NCBI GenBank assembly: GCA_965216635.1
Contig: OZ244188.1
Coordinates: 1,024,001 to 1,088,000 of the forward strand
Origin: a bacterium
GTDB taxonomy: Bacteria; SAR324; XYD2-FULL-50-16; G965216635
DNA length: 64,000 nt
Reading direction: 5' to 3'
In this document: positions 50,950 through 61,000 of the stretch, piece after piece
Numbering within the stretch: position 1 is the first letter of the stretch
How the letters are laid out: the number at the start of each line of letters is the position of its first letter
Made by a program: the position numbers and the translations under genes
The notes under the pieces: model-generated
What the model was told of the DNA's origin: nothing
Seen by the model: only the letters and a program-made list of their open reading frames with translations
Database searches by the model: none

Positions 50950-51022
50950 AGGTCAGTGGCTCAATTGGTAGAGCATCGGTCTCCAAAACCGAGGGTTGGG
51001 GGTTCAAGTCCCTCCTGACCTG
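50950..51022 (+). tRNA. trnW: tRNA-Trp (CCA)
   Basis: Acceptor AGGTCAG/CTGACCT, anticodon arm TCGGT-CTCCAAA-ACCGA, GGTTCAAGTCC T-arm; upstream of secE; 3' CCA not encoded. Confidence 0.96.
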
Positions 51023-51122
51023 CATAGTTAATTTTTTGGACTAATTTTTTGGGCTAATTTTTTGGGCTAATTTTTTTGGGCTAATTTTTTTAAGCTAATT
51101 TTTTTAAGCTAATTTTTTTTAA

Positions 51123-51305
51123 ATGTTTAAACGATTAAAACAATTTTTTGTAGATATTAAAGCTGAGTTCGTAAAAGTTTCTTGGCCCACAAAACAACAG
51201 ACTTTTAGAAATACTTATATCGTAGTAATTTTTGTGATTATGATGTCTATATTTTTAGGAATACTGAATATTATTTTCAGTAGAGTTATTCAATTTTTAT
51301 TTTAA
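51123..51305 (+). CDS. secE: Preprotein translocase SecE
   Basis: E..KVSWP motif, single TM, tRNA-Trp-secE-nusG order. Confidence 0.93.
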   Translation: MFKRLKQFFVDIKAEFVKVSWPTKQQTFRNTYIVVIFVIMMSIFLGILNIIFSRVIQFLF

Positions 51306-51308
51306 TTT

Positions 51309-52208
51309 ATGTCAGAAGAAATAGTTGCAATGGCAACAAAACAGCAAACAACACCTGGGGTAGTACTACAGCCTCAAGAAGAGAATTTAGAAAAAAAAAC
51401 TTCCCAAGAGTTAACAGAAAAAACCGGTGAAGAAGTAACAAAGGACACAAACAGTGCTGAAAAGGAAAACGGCGAAGAAGTAACAAAGGACACAAACAGT
51501 GCTGAAAAGGAAAACGGTGAAGAAGTAACAAAGGACACAAACAGTGCTGAAAAGGAAAACGGTGAAGAAGTAACAAAGGACACAAACAGTGCTGAAAAGG
51601 AAAACGGTGAAGAAGTAACAAAGGACACAAACAGTGCTGAAAAGGAAAACGGTGACGGAAAACAGGATACAGATTCAAAATGGTATATTTTGCAATCCTA
51701 CGCCGGACAAGAAAAAAAAGCCCACGAACTAATTCTTTTTCATCTCCAGATGGAAAAATGTGAAAACTCAGTAGATGAAATTTTTATTCCATCGGAAGAA
51801 ATCACGACTAAGGTAAGAGGAAAAGAAAGAAAGAATACATCTACTTATTTCCCGGGCTATATTTTGATTAAGATGAGGTTAACGGATGAAATATGGCACA
51901 CTTTACAACAAATTCCCAAAATATCTGGATTTATCGGAAAATACAGAAATCAAAGACCCGAAGCTGTTCCAGAAATCCAAATCCAAAACATTAAAAAACA
52001 AATTCACGATGGGGTGAAGCAAACACAAGTTGATTCTACTTATCAAATTGGACAAAATGTTATAATTATTGAAGGACCTTTTAGTGAATTTGTAGGACAC
52101 ATAGACCAAATAAATACAGAAAAAAATTCTCTTGTTGTGTTAGTGAATATTTTTGGACGCTCCGTTCCTGTAGAAGTTACTTTTGATAAAATCAGAGTAA
52201 ATCAATAA
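51309..52208 (+). CDS. nusG: NusG with repetitive acidic N-terminal extension
   Basis: WYILQ...G.E, FPGYILI.M, KOW GPF..F.G, IFGR..PVE. Confidence 0.93.
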   Translation: MSEEIVAMATKQQTTPGVVLQPQEENLEKKTSQELTEKTGEEVTKDTNSAEKENGEEVTKDTNSAEKENGEEVTKDTNSAEKENGEEVTKDTNSAEKENGEEVTKDTNSAEKENGDGKQDTDSKWYILQSYAGQEKKAHELILFHLQMEKCENSVDEIFIPSEEITTKVRGKERKNTSTYFPGYILIKMRLTDEIWHTLQQIPKISGFIGKYRNQRPEAVPEIQIQNIKKQIHDGVKQTQVDSTYQIGQNVIIIEGPFSEFVGHIDQINTEKNSLVVLVNIFGRSVPVEVTFDKIRVNQ

Positions 52209-52221
52209 CCTAAACTAAACT

Positions 52222-52662
52222 ATGGCAAAATCAACTAAAGAAATTATCGGTTTTATTAAACTGCAAATTGCAGCAGGAGCAGCTAGTCCCGCTCCTCCGA
52301 TAGGTCCCGCACTAGGGCAGAAAGGCGTAAATATTATGGAGTTCTGCAAGGCTTTTAATGCGGTTACTCAAAAAGATAAAGGCACTATTATTCCTGTAAT
52401 TATTACAGTTTATAAAGATAAGAGCTTTACTTTTATCACAAAAACACCGCCTACAGCTGTGCTTATTAAGGAAAAAATTAAACTAGATAAAGGTTCTGGA
52501 GAGCCTAACCGTAACAAAGTAGGAACTTTGACTAAACAGCAAATTGAAGAAATTGCTACTATCAAAATGCCCGATTTGAATTGCTATGATCTCAAAGCAG
52601 CTTGTAAATTGGTGGGTGGGACTGCTAGAAGTATGGGCGTAGAGATACCTTCTAATATCTAA
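52222..52662 (+). CDS. rplK: 50S ribosomal protein L11
   Basis: [29 protein letters not shown]. Confidence 0.98.
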   Translation: MAKSTKEIIGFIKLQIAAGAASPAPPIGPALGQKGVNIMEFCKAFNAVTQKDKGTIIPVIITVYKDKSFTFITKTPPTAVLIKEKIKLDKGSGEPNRNKVGTLTKQQIEEIATIKMPDLNCYDLKAACKLVGGTARSMGVEIPSNI

Positions 52663-52673
52663 CTTTTAATACA

Positions 52674-53366
52674 ATGAAAAAATTCAATAAAAGAAAAAAA
52701 AACTGGCTAGAAAAAATTAAACAAGGAGAAAAGTATAGTCTGGGTAAGGCTATTGCACTTTTAAAAGAATTTTCAAATCTAAAGTTTGATCCTACCGTAG
52801 ACCTTGTTTTTCGTTTAGGTATTGACCCCAGCAAAGGAGAGCAAGTAGTAAAAGGAAGTTGCTTACTTCCGCATGGAACTGGAAAAACAGTTAAAGTGCT
52901 GGTTTTTGCAAAAGGCGAGAAAGAAAAAGAGGCGCGCGAAGCAGGAGCCGATTTTGCTGGCAGTCAGGATTTGATAGAAAAAATCCAAGGTGGCTGGATA
53001 GAATTTGATAGAGTTGTTGCTACTCCTGATATGATGGCAGAAGTCAGTAAAATTGGAAAAATTTTAGGACCCAAAGGTTTAATGCCCAATCCTAAAATGG
53101 ATACGGTTACAATGGATGTTTCTGGTGCTGTCAAAAGAATTAAAAAAGGACAGGTAGAATTTCGTAACGACAAGACTGCTAATATTCATACTGTGGTTGG
53201 TAAAATCAGTTTTACCGCTGAAAAATTAAAAGAAAATATTCTCAACGTAGTAGAAGCTGTGACAAAGTTAAAACCAGCTACTTCTAAAGGAATCTACTTA
53301 CAAAAAATCTACCTTTCTAGCACTATAGGACCTGGTATTGAAATCAATCTCCAAGACTTAAATTAG
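52674..53366 (+). CDS. rplA: 50S ribosomal protein L1
   Basis: LPHGTGK, ATPDMM, LGPKGLMPNPK. Confidence 0.98.
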   Translation: MKKFNKRKKNWLEKIKQGEKYSLGKAIALLKEFSNLKFDPTVDLVFRLGIDPSKGEQVVKGSCLLPHGTGKTVKVLVFAKGEKEKEAREAGADFAGSQDLIEKIQGGWIEFDRVVATPDMMAEVSKIGKILGPKGLMPNPKMDTVTMDVSGAVKRIKKGQVEFRNDKTANIHTVVGKISFTAEKLKENILNVVEAVTKLKPATSKGIYLQKIYLSSTIGPGIEINLQDLN

Positions 53367-53418
53367 TCAATTTTCAAAAATCTTTTTGTAAAGACTTCTC
53401 ATTCAAAATTGAAAAAAA

Positions 53419-54693
53419 ATGGCTACAATCCAAGAATTTCTTTTGAAGGATGTGCGTTGTTTTCAAGGAGAACAGCGTCTACAAATCCGTCCACTCACTC
53501 TTCTAGTCGGTAAAAACAGCACAGGAAAAAGCACAGTTCTGAGTTGCTTTCAAACCCTTTTTGAGTATTTTAAAAATAATCAATTAAATTTTAATTTAGA
53601 ACCCTACAATATGGGCTCTTTTACCGATATTCTATGTAAAAAATCAAAAAACAAACAATTTACTTTAGGTTTTAAATTTGAAGAAAAAAACCAAACTATA
53701 GAATGGCAAGTCACCTTTACAGAAAAAGGTTTGGAACCAATTGCTTCTAAATTAGTTATTTTTTTTCCAGAGGGAGAAAAATTAGAAATAATTCCAGATG
53801 ATAAACTCAAAGATGAGCCAGAGAATTTTGGAAATTATTTTTATGATTTTCAAGAAATCAAAAAAGATTATTATAGAATGTTTTTTTCGAAAAAAATATC
53901 TAATGTTGGTTTGATTTTATATAGTCTGAAATACATAGAAAGAGGTAATAAAAAAACGCCTCCACCGTTTTTAAAATTCCTCAAAAAAAACAAGAATATT
54001 CTCGAGAATATGTCTTTTAACTTCTTTGACAATAATATAAACATTGCTCCTGTTCGCTCTAAACCCAAACGCACCTACGACCCTTTAACACAAACTCAAG
54101 ACCCTGAAGGTGCGGATGTTACTATGTATTTGGCAAACCTATCCCGATCCTATCTTAAAGAATGGAAAAGACTACAGGAAAAATTAAATGTTTTTGGTAA
54201 AGAAGCAGGTTTGTTTGATGTTATTAATATCAAAGAGAGTAAAGACCTTGGTAATGCTTTTCAAATACAATTCAAGACTAAAGGTATGCGAGCCAATATT
54301 ATGGATGTAGGTTACGGAGTTAGTCAGCTATTACCTGTTTTGGTTAGAATTTTAAGTTTTAAAGGAAAATTTTTAATGCAACAGCCAGAAGTGCATCTGC
54401 ACCCCCAAGGACAGGCTGCTTTTGCCTCTCTTTTAACCAATCTCGTCAAGGAAAATAAAAGTTTTTTGTTGGAAACCCATAGCGATTATATTATAGATAG
54501 GGTGCGACTAGAAATTCGTAAAAAAAATATATCTAATAAAGATGTTTCTTTGGTTTTTCACGAACCCCAAAAAGATGGAGTAAAAATAAACAACGTTACT
54601 TTTGACGACTACGCTAATTTTGAAAATCTGCCTGCAGCCTATCGTGATTTCTTTTTAGCAGAAACGAATAGTTTGCTAGGTTTTAACGAATAA
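53419..54693 (+). CDS. AAA_21/DUF3696-type ABC ATPase
   Basis: GKNSTGKS, DVGYGVSQLLP, QPEVHLHP..Q, ETHSDY. Confidence 0.85.
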   Translation: MATIQEFLLKDVRCFQGEQRLQIRPLTLLVGKNSTGKSTVLSCFQTLFEYFKNNQLNFNLEPYNMGSFTDILCKKSKNKQFTLGFKFEEKNQTIEWQVTFTEKGLEPIASKLVIFFPEGEKLEIIPDDKLKDEPENFGNYFYDFQEIKKDYYRMFFSKKISNVGLILYSLKYIERGNKKTPPPFLKFLKKNKNILENMSFNFFDNNINIAPVRSKPKRTYDPLTQTQDPEGADVTMYLANLSRSYLKEWKRLQEKLNVFGKEAGLFDVINIKESKDLGNAFQIQFKTKGMRANIMDVGYGVSQLLPVLVRILSFKGKFLMQQPEVHLHPQGQAAFASLLTNLVKENKSFLLETHSDYIIDRVRLEIRKKNISNKDVSLVFHEPQKDGVKINNVTFDDYANFENLPAAYRDFFLAETNSLLGFNE

Positions 54694-54695
54694 TT

Positions 54696-55148
54696 ATGTG
54701 CCTAATTATAGATAATAACCGTTTAGGGGACTTTTTCAGAGAACCTATTGGTAAAAACAAAGACAGTCAACCTATTCATAATTGGCTTGAAAATAAACAA
54801 GGAAATTTGGTTGTTGGTAAAGGAGATAAATTTAGCGAAATACCAGAAAAGTTTAACAATGAGGCAAGAGGTATAAAAGGTGGAAAACGGTTAAACAGTT
54901 ATTACAGTAGAGGAATAATAAGAAGCATACCTTTTGAAAAATGGAAACCAGAACTAAAAAACCTTGAAAATAAAAAATTAGCTTCTGATGACCCGCATAT
55001 TTTAGCTTTGGCTATAGCGAGCAAAACAAAACTTCTTTACACCGCTGATAAAAATTTAATGAATGATTTTAAAAAAATTATCAAGCAAGGCAAAGTTTAT
55101 TCCAATCAAAAAAATAAAGACTTACTTACAAGAGATACTTGTCCTTAA
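54696..55148 (+). CDS. PIN-like domain protein
   Basis: CLIIDNN, SDDPHILALA, LLYTADKNL..DF. Confidence 0.65.
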   Translation: MCLIIDNNRLGDFFREPIGKNKDSQPIHNWLENKQGNLVVGKGDKFSEIPEKFNNEARGIKGGKRLNSYYSRGIIRSIPFEKWKPELKNLENKKLASDDPHILALAIASKTKLLYTADKNLMNDFKKIIKQGKVYSNQKNKDLLTRDTCP

Positions 55149-55252
55149 AAAATAAAGATTTACTTACAAAAGACACCTGTCCTTAAAAAATAAAGACTTA
55201 CTTACAAAAGACACCTGTCCTTAAAAAATAACATTATCTTTTTTCACCACTT

Positions 55253-55912
55253 GTGCAAATATTCACTGAATTTTCTGCTGATTTGTGGAAAAAATTTTCT
55301 TCGCCCGAATTTTTATTCCAAAAAATATTTATCTATCCAACAGAAACTTTTTATGCGCTAGGCTGCAGGGCAGATTGCAGTAGTGCTATTGAAAAAATTT
55401 ATCGTCTAAAAAAAAGAGAGATAGGTAAGCCTTTGCTTGTCTTGGTAGATAGTTGGTCTATGCTTAAAACATACGCTGCAATCCATATTTCCAGGTTAGA
55501 ATCTATAGAGAGACTTTTAAGAATGGTAGGGGACGGGAATTGCACATTAGTTTTGCCAACAAAAAATTTACTTTCCGAACAACTCAATTTCACAGAACAA
55601 AATTTAGGTTTTAGGATTACAAGCCATCCACTAGCAAAGGAATTGATAGATGCCGTTCAAATGCCTTTAGTGGCTACAAGTGCCAATATTAGCGGACAAC
55701 CCGCAGTCAAAAATTGGAAAGATTTACCTGTTTCTTTAAGGCAATCTGTAGATTTTATTTTGGATGGTAACGATACTTATGGGGGTAAGCCTTCCAGTCT
55801 TTGGGATCTTTCTTGTTATCCACAAATTTCTATTTTACGAGAAGGCAAATTTTCTACAAAATCTCTAAAAGAGCTGCTTTTTAAATACCATTTTCCTTTA
55901 AAAGTCAAATAA
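55253..55912 (+). CDS. tsaC: Threonylcarbamoyl-AMP synthase (TsaC/Sua5)
   Basis: YPTETFYALGC, IY.LK.R...KPL, TSANISG. Confidence 0.9.
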   Translation: MQIFTEFSADLWKKFSSPEFLFQKIFIYPTETFYALGCRADCSSAIEKIYRLKKREIGKPLLVLVDSWSMLKTYAAIHISRLESIERLLRMVGDGNCTLVLPTKNLLSEQLNFTEQNLGFRITSHPLAKELIDAVQMPLVATSANISGQPAVKNWKDLPVSLRQSVDFILDGNDTYGGKPSSLWDLSCYPQISILREGKFSTKSLKELLFKYHFPLKVK

Positions 55913-56817
55913 TGTATACTATAGGTATAGATTTGGGAGGCACTAAAATAGAGGCTATTCTGGTAAAAAATAATACCAAAAAATTTTCAATAAGCAAGCC
56001 TATTTTAAGAAAAAGAATTCCTACCGAAAGTGAAAAAGGCTACGAATTTGTTGTGCAAAAAATAGCAAAACTCGTCTTTGAATTAAGTTCGGAAATCAAT
56101 GAAAATTTTGCTGTTGGTATGGGAATTCCGGGTGTGGTAGATCCTATTACAAAAATAACTCAATGGTCTAATACAAAAAATTTTCAAGGAAAATCCATTC
56201 AAAAAGATCTAGCAAAAATCATAAAAAAACCTGTTTTTGTAGAAAACGATGCTAACTGCTTTGTTTTGAGTGAAGCCTCTTTTGGAGCAGCGAAAGATGC
56301 GGATTTAGTTTTGGGTATCATTATGGGGACAGGTATGGGAGGTGGAATCGTCTATCAAAAAAAAATTATTTCGGGGTATCAAGGCTACGCGGGAGAAATC
56401 GGACATATTAGCTTTGATGCAGAAAATGGAGAAAAATGCTGGTGCGGAAATTACGGTTGTCCTGAATCTTATCTTTCAGGGAGTGGCATGGAATATATGT
56501 TTTTTCAAAAATACCAACAAAAAAAATCGGTCCCAGAAATCTACGAACTTTATCTTTTCCAAGACAAAAATGCGGTGGAGTTTATGGAGTATTTTTTAGA
56601 TATTTTTGGAAAGATAATAGCAAATTTAATCTATACTATTGCCCCGCATAAGATCGTGCTAGGTGGTGGGGTGTCTAATCTTCCTTTGCTTTATAAAGAA
56701 GGAGTGAAAAAAGTAGCCCAGAATATTCATAGTAGCACTACGATGCCCAAAATTGTAAAGAATAAATTAGGAGATTCAAGTGGGGTATTTGGAGCTGCTG
56801 CTTTAACACAATTTTAG
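55912..56817 (+). CDS. ROK family sugar kinase
   Basis: GIDLGGTK, ENDANC, GTG.GGG, GEIGH, C.CG..GC.E. Confidence 0.92.
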   Translation: MYTIGIDLGGTKIEAILVKNNTKKFSISKPILRKRIPTESEKGYEFVVQKIAKLVFELSSEINENFAVGMGIPGVVDPITKITQWSNTKNFQGKSIQKDLAKIIKKPVFVENDANCFVLSEASFGAAKDADLVLGIIMGTGMGGGIVYQKKIISGYQGYAGEIGHISFDAENGEKCWCGNYGCPESYLSGSGMEYMFFQKYQQKKSVPEIYELYLFQDKNAVEFMEYFLDIFGKIIANLIYTIAPHKIVLGGGVSNLPLLYKEGVKKVAQNIHSSTTMPKIVKNKLGDSSGVFGAAALTQF

Positions 56818-56822
56818 AAAAA

Positions 56823-57857
56823 ATGAATAAACTATTACTGCAAGCTATCAAAGGCAAAGAAACAAAAAAAATTCCAATCTGGTTTATGAGACAAGCAGGT
56901 AGATATTTACCCGAATACAGAGAAGTAAAGCAAAAGTTGGGAGGATTTTTAGAAATGGTGACTAACCCTGAAATTGCTGCAGAAATTTCTTTACAACCTT
57001 TGCGTCGTTTTGATTTGGATGCAGCGATTTTTTTCTGTGATATTTTAACCCCACTTATTCCCATGGGAATAAAAATAGATTTTTCTCCAGCACCCACTAT
57101 TCAAAACCCTATAGAAAAAAAAAGTGATATTGAAAAACTAACACCTGTAGTGCCTGAAGAAAGTCTTAGCTATGTCAGAAAAACTTTGCAGATTATTAGT
57201 CAAGAATTATCTGCTGATAAATGTTTGATAGGATTTGGAGGTGCTCCTTTTACGCTTGCCTCTTATCTTTTTAAAAAAAAAGCAGCCGATTTTTCTAGCA
57301 TCAAAAAATTTTGTTTTGGAGAGTCTAAAAACTACTTTCTTTTAATGGAAAAACTAGAGCGGCTAACAATAGATTATTTACAATACCAAATAGAATCTGG
57401 GGCTGAAATAATTCAAATTTTTGATAGCTGGGCTGGTTGTTTTCACTTGGATGATTACCGAAAATTTGTGCTGCCTTCCGTCAAAAAAACCATACAAGAA
57501 TTAAAAACAAAATCTACAACGCCTATTATTTACTATCTCAATGGAGGAAGCCATTTAATAGAAGCTATACTAGAATCAGGAGCAGATGTAATAAGTATAG
57601 ATCATAGAACCGATATTACAGCGACTTACATTTTCATACAACAAAGTGGCAAAAAAATTCTTTTACAAGGCAACCTAGACCCTTTTTATCTATTCGCCGA
57701 AGATATTATTTTAGAAAAAGAAATAAAAAAAACAGTGAAACGATTTGATAGCACTATTCAAAGGGGAAACTGGATTTTTAACCTCGCCCAAGGATTAGAC
57801 AAAAACACACCTATATCTAAATTGGAACTAGCAATCCAAACTCTTAGAAATCTGTAA
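56823..57857 (+). CDS. hemE: Uroporphyrinogen decarboxylase
   Basis: WFMRQAGRYLPEY, DAAI.F.DIL, GF.GAPFTLASY, QIFDSW, QGNLDP. Confidence 0.96.
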   Translation: MNKLLLQAIKGKETKKIPIWFMRQAGRYLPEYREVKQKLGGFLEMVTNPEIAAEISLQPLRRFDLDAAIFFCDILTPLIPMGIKIDFSPAPTIQNPIEKKSDIEKLTPVVPEESLSYVRKTLQIISQELSADKCLIGFGGAPFTLASYLFKKKAADFSSIKKFCFGESKNYFLLMEKLERLTIDYLQYQIESGAEIIQIFDSWAGCFHLDDYRKFVLPSVKKTIQELKTKSTTPIIYYLNGGSHLIEAILESGADVISIDHRTDITATYIFIQQSGKKILLQGNLDPFYLFAEDIILEKEIKKTVKRFDSTIQRGNWIFNLAQGLDKNTPISKLELAIQTLRNL

Positions 57858-58055
57858 ATGCTCCTATAAAAAGAGCTGTTTTTCATAGCAAAGTTTATTT
57901 TTAGGAATTGAATGTTTTTAAAAAAAAATAAAGCTCAAAAACTCTATTTTATCATTGAAAAACAAGGAATGCAGTGTCCTGAATAAGACATTTTGAAAAG
58001 CTACTATGGGGATGAAGTCTACTTGTCCTTTTTTGAAGGATAACCGAACTAATCT

Positions 58056-61000
58056 CTATTGATTGTTGATTATGTTGATTATGTTGATTATGTTGATTAT
58101 GTTGGTTGTGTCGGTTGTGTTGGTTGTGTTGGTTATGTTGGTTATGGCAGTAATAGTGCCATTGTCAGTGGAAGATTCAACATTGAGGTTTAATATAGCA
58201 GCATCAATGGTAGCACCTTCTTGATTGATAAATGTCTCCGCTGTAATATCCAAACTAGAATCATTGAGATCTATCAATCCGTAGTTAACCAGTCTGTCAG
58301 TAGCTGTAAAACTAGAATCCCCTGTAAGATAAACATCCCCACCATCATAAGTGCCTGTATAACTATCTATTTCTGTATTAAGGAAAAAAATATTTTTTGC
58401 AGTGATCTCGAAAGTATCTGCGGTAATATCTCCTCGGTTATAAAAATCATCTGCTGCTGTTATGTTTAAAGTATCTGCAATAATATCTCCTCGGTTAGCA
58501 ACATAAAAGCCTGTCGTATCGTCTGTTCTGGAGGAGTCATTATTTGCTGTAATATTCAAAATTCTAGCAGTAATCGTAGCTATATTTGTAACCTTGCCTC
58601 CAGCTGTGATATTTAAAGTATCTACATTAATATCCCCGCCGCCTAAATTTCTAAAATAATCATCTGCAGTTATATCTAAACTAACAGAAACAATAGATCC
58701 GTGGTTTTCAACTGTATTTCCAGCGGTGATTTCAAAATAGTTATTAGCAGTAATAGATCCGTGGTTGGCAAAGTTCCTTCCAGTCTCAATATCCAAAGTA
58801 GAAGTTGTGATGCTTCCCCCTGAAAAAACATCGTTTGTTGCTGTGATAGTCAAATAGGTAGTAGCGGTAATATTTCCTGAATTATGAATGCTATCTGTAT
58901 CAATAGTTAAGATATGAGTATCAATGGTTGCCGCATTATGAATAAGACCTTCTGCTGTTATATTTAAAGTATCGGCACTAACCACTCCGCCAGTATTAGT
59001 AAAATTTCTTGTGGCAATATCAACATTTCCAGACACAACTAAACTATCGTTTGCATCCAAAGTAAAATCATTGTTTGCATCGTTGTTGCTAAAACCACCA
59101 CCAACATTGAGATTGAAGTTGTTAGTATTAATAGTTCCTCTATCAGCAACATAGTCAAAATCACCCGCTACAGAAAGATTGAAAGTATCTGCACTAGCTA
59201 CTCCTCCAGTATTAGAAAAACTTTTACTTGCTGTGCTACTCAATGTTGTATTCAAAGTAGTATTAGCACTAATAGTTCCAGTGTTAGTAAGATCCGTTGC
59301 TGTAATATCAAAGCTATTAGCATTTAGGATTCCGCTATTATTAAAACTATTTGCAATAACAGAAGCAGTTCCAGTCACATTAAGGCTATTATTTTCGCCC
59401 CAAATAAAATCATTGTTTGCATCGCTGTTAGTAAAATCACCGCCAACATTGAGATTGAAGCTGTTAGTATTAATAGTTCCATTGCGTGAAAAATTGCTAA
59501 TATAATCAAAATCACCGCCTACAGAAAGATTGAATGTATTTGCACTAGCTACTCCAGTATTAGCAAAACTGTTATCTGCTGTGCTACTCAATGTTGTATT
59601 CAAAGTAGTATTAGCACTAATAGTTCCAGTGTTAGTAAGATCCGTTGCTGTAATATCAAAGCTATTAGCATTGATAGTTCCGTAGTTGTCAAAGTTATCT
59701 GCGACAATACTAGCACTCCCAGCTACAACTAAACTATCATTTACACCCCAAGTAAAATCATTGGCTGCATCGTTGTTGCTAAAATCACCGTCTACATTGA
59801 GATTGAAGCTGTTAGTATTAATAGTTCCTCTATTAGTATAATCAAGATCGCCCGCTACAGAAAGCTTGAAAGTATCTGCACTAGCCGATCCAATATTCGT
59901 AAAACTACCAGCTGCGCCAGTCAATGTGATATTCAAAACGGTAGCAACATTAATAACGCTATCAGAACTTTTAACATTTTTTATATTACTAAAGGATTCG
60001 TTTGCTGTAACATTAAAAGTATTAGCATTAATTATTGAACCACTATTATTGATGAAGCTATTTGCAATGACGTCAAAGCTACCCGCATTAACGCTAGAGG
60101 AACTGTTGTTAGAAAATTTATCTCCAGCCGTAACATTAAAGCTATCTGCATTAACGCTAGAGGAATTGCTGTTGTAAAAGTCATCTCCTGCTGTAACAGT
60201 AAAGCTATCCGCACTAATGCTAGAGAAATTTTGATTATAAAAATTTCTTTTTGCTGTGATATGAAAGCCTTTAGCACTAATACTAGAGAAATTTTGATTG
60301 ATAAAATTATCTGCCGTAATACTCAAGGTATCAAGGACAACAATGTCCAATTTATTCATAAAATCACCGTTGGTAGTAATACCTAAATTATTAAAAGTAA
60401 AACCATCAAAAGAATCACTGTTATAAGTGAAACCATTGGTGAGTATGAAATTTAAATTATTTGAATCAACAGTTGCGGTATTGGTAATATTATTATCAAA
60501 GTCTGTCACTTTAACCGTCAAGGTGTCAGCATTGATAGTGCTTCTATTGATAAAATCATCTATTGCTGCAACACTAAAACTACCTGCGTTAATCGTTGCA
60601 GAGTATCCGTTGAAAAAGTCATCTGCTGCTGTAACACTAAAACTACCTGCATTAATCGTTGCGTAGTATCCGTTGAAGAAGTCTTCTCCTATTACTATAA
60701 CATTAAAGCTATCAGCACTAATCGTTGCGCGGCTCTCGTTGTTAAAGCTACCTCTTACTGTGACATTGAAGCTATCTGCGTTAATCGTTGCATTAGCATA
60801 AGTGTTGATAAAGTCATCTGATGCTGTAACAGTAAAGCTACCCGCATTAATCGTTGCTTTATTATTGTAGACATTTCCTGCTATAACATTAAAGCTATCT
60901 GCGTTAATCGTTGCGTTATCTATGTTGATAAAGTCACCTGTCGCTATTGTTGTAACATTAAAGCTAACAGCATTAATCGTTGCGTTCTCTACGTTGATAA

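Noticed and set aside
58056..58300. CdiA-type C-terminal toxin and immunity gene
   Set aside because: No VENN-like motif or toxin domain; the C-terminus is low complexity and no downstream small ORF was seen.
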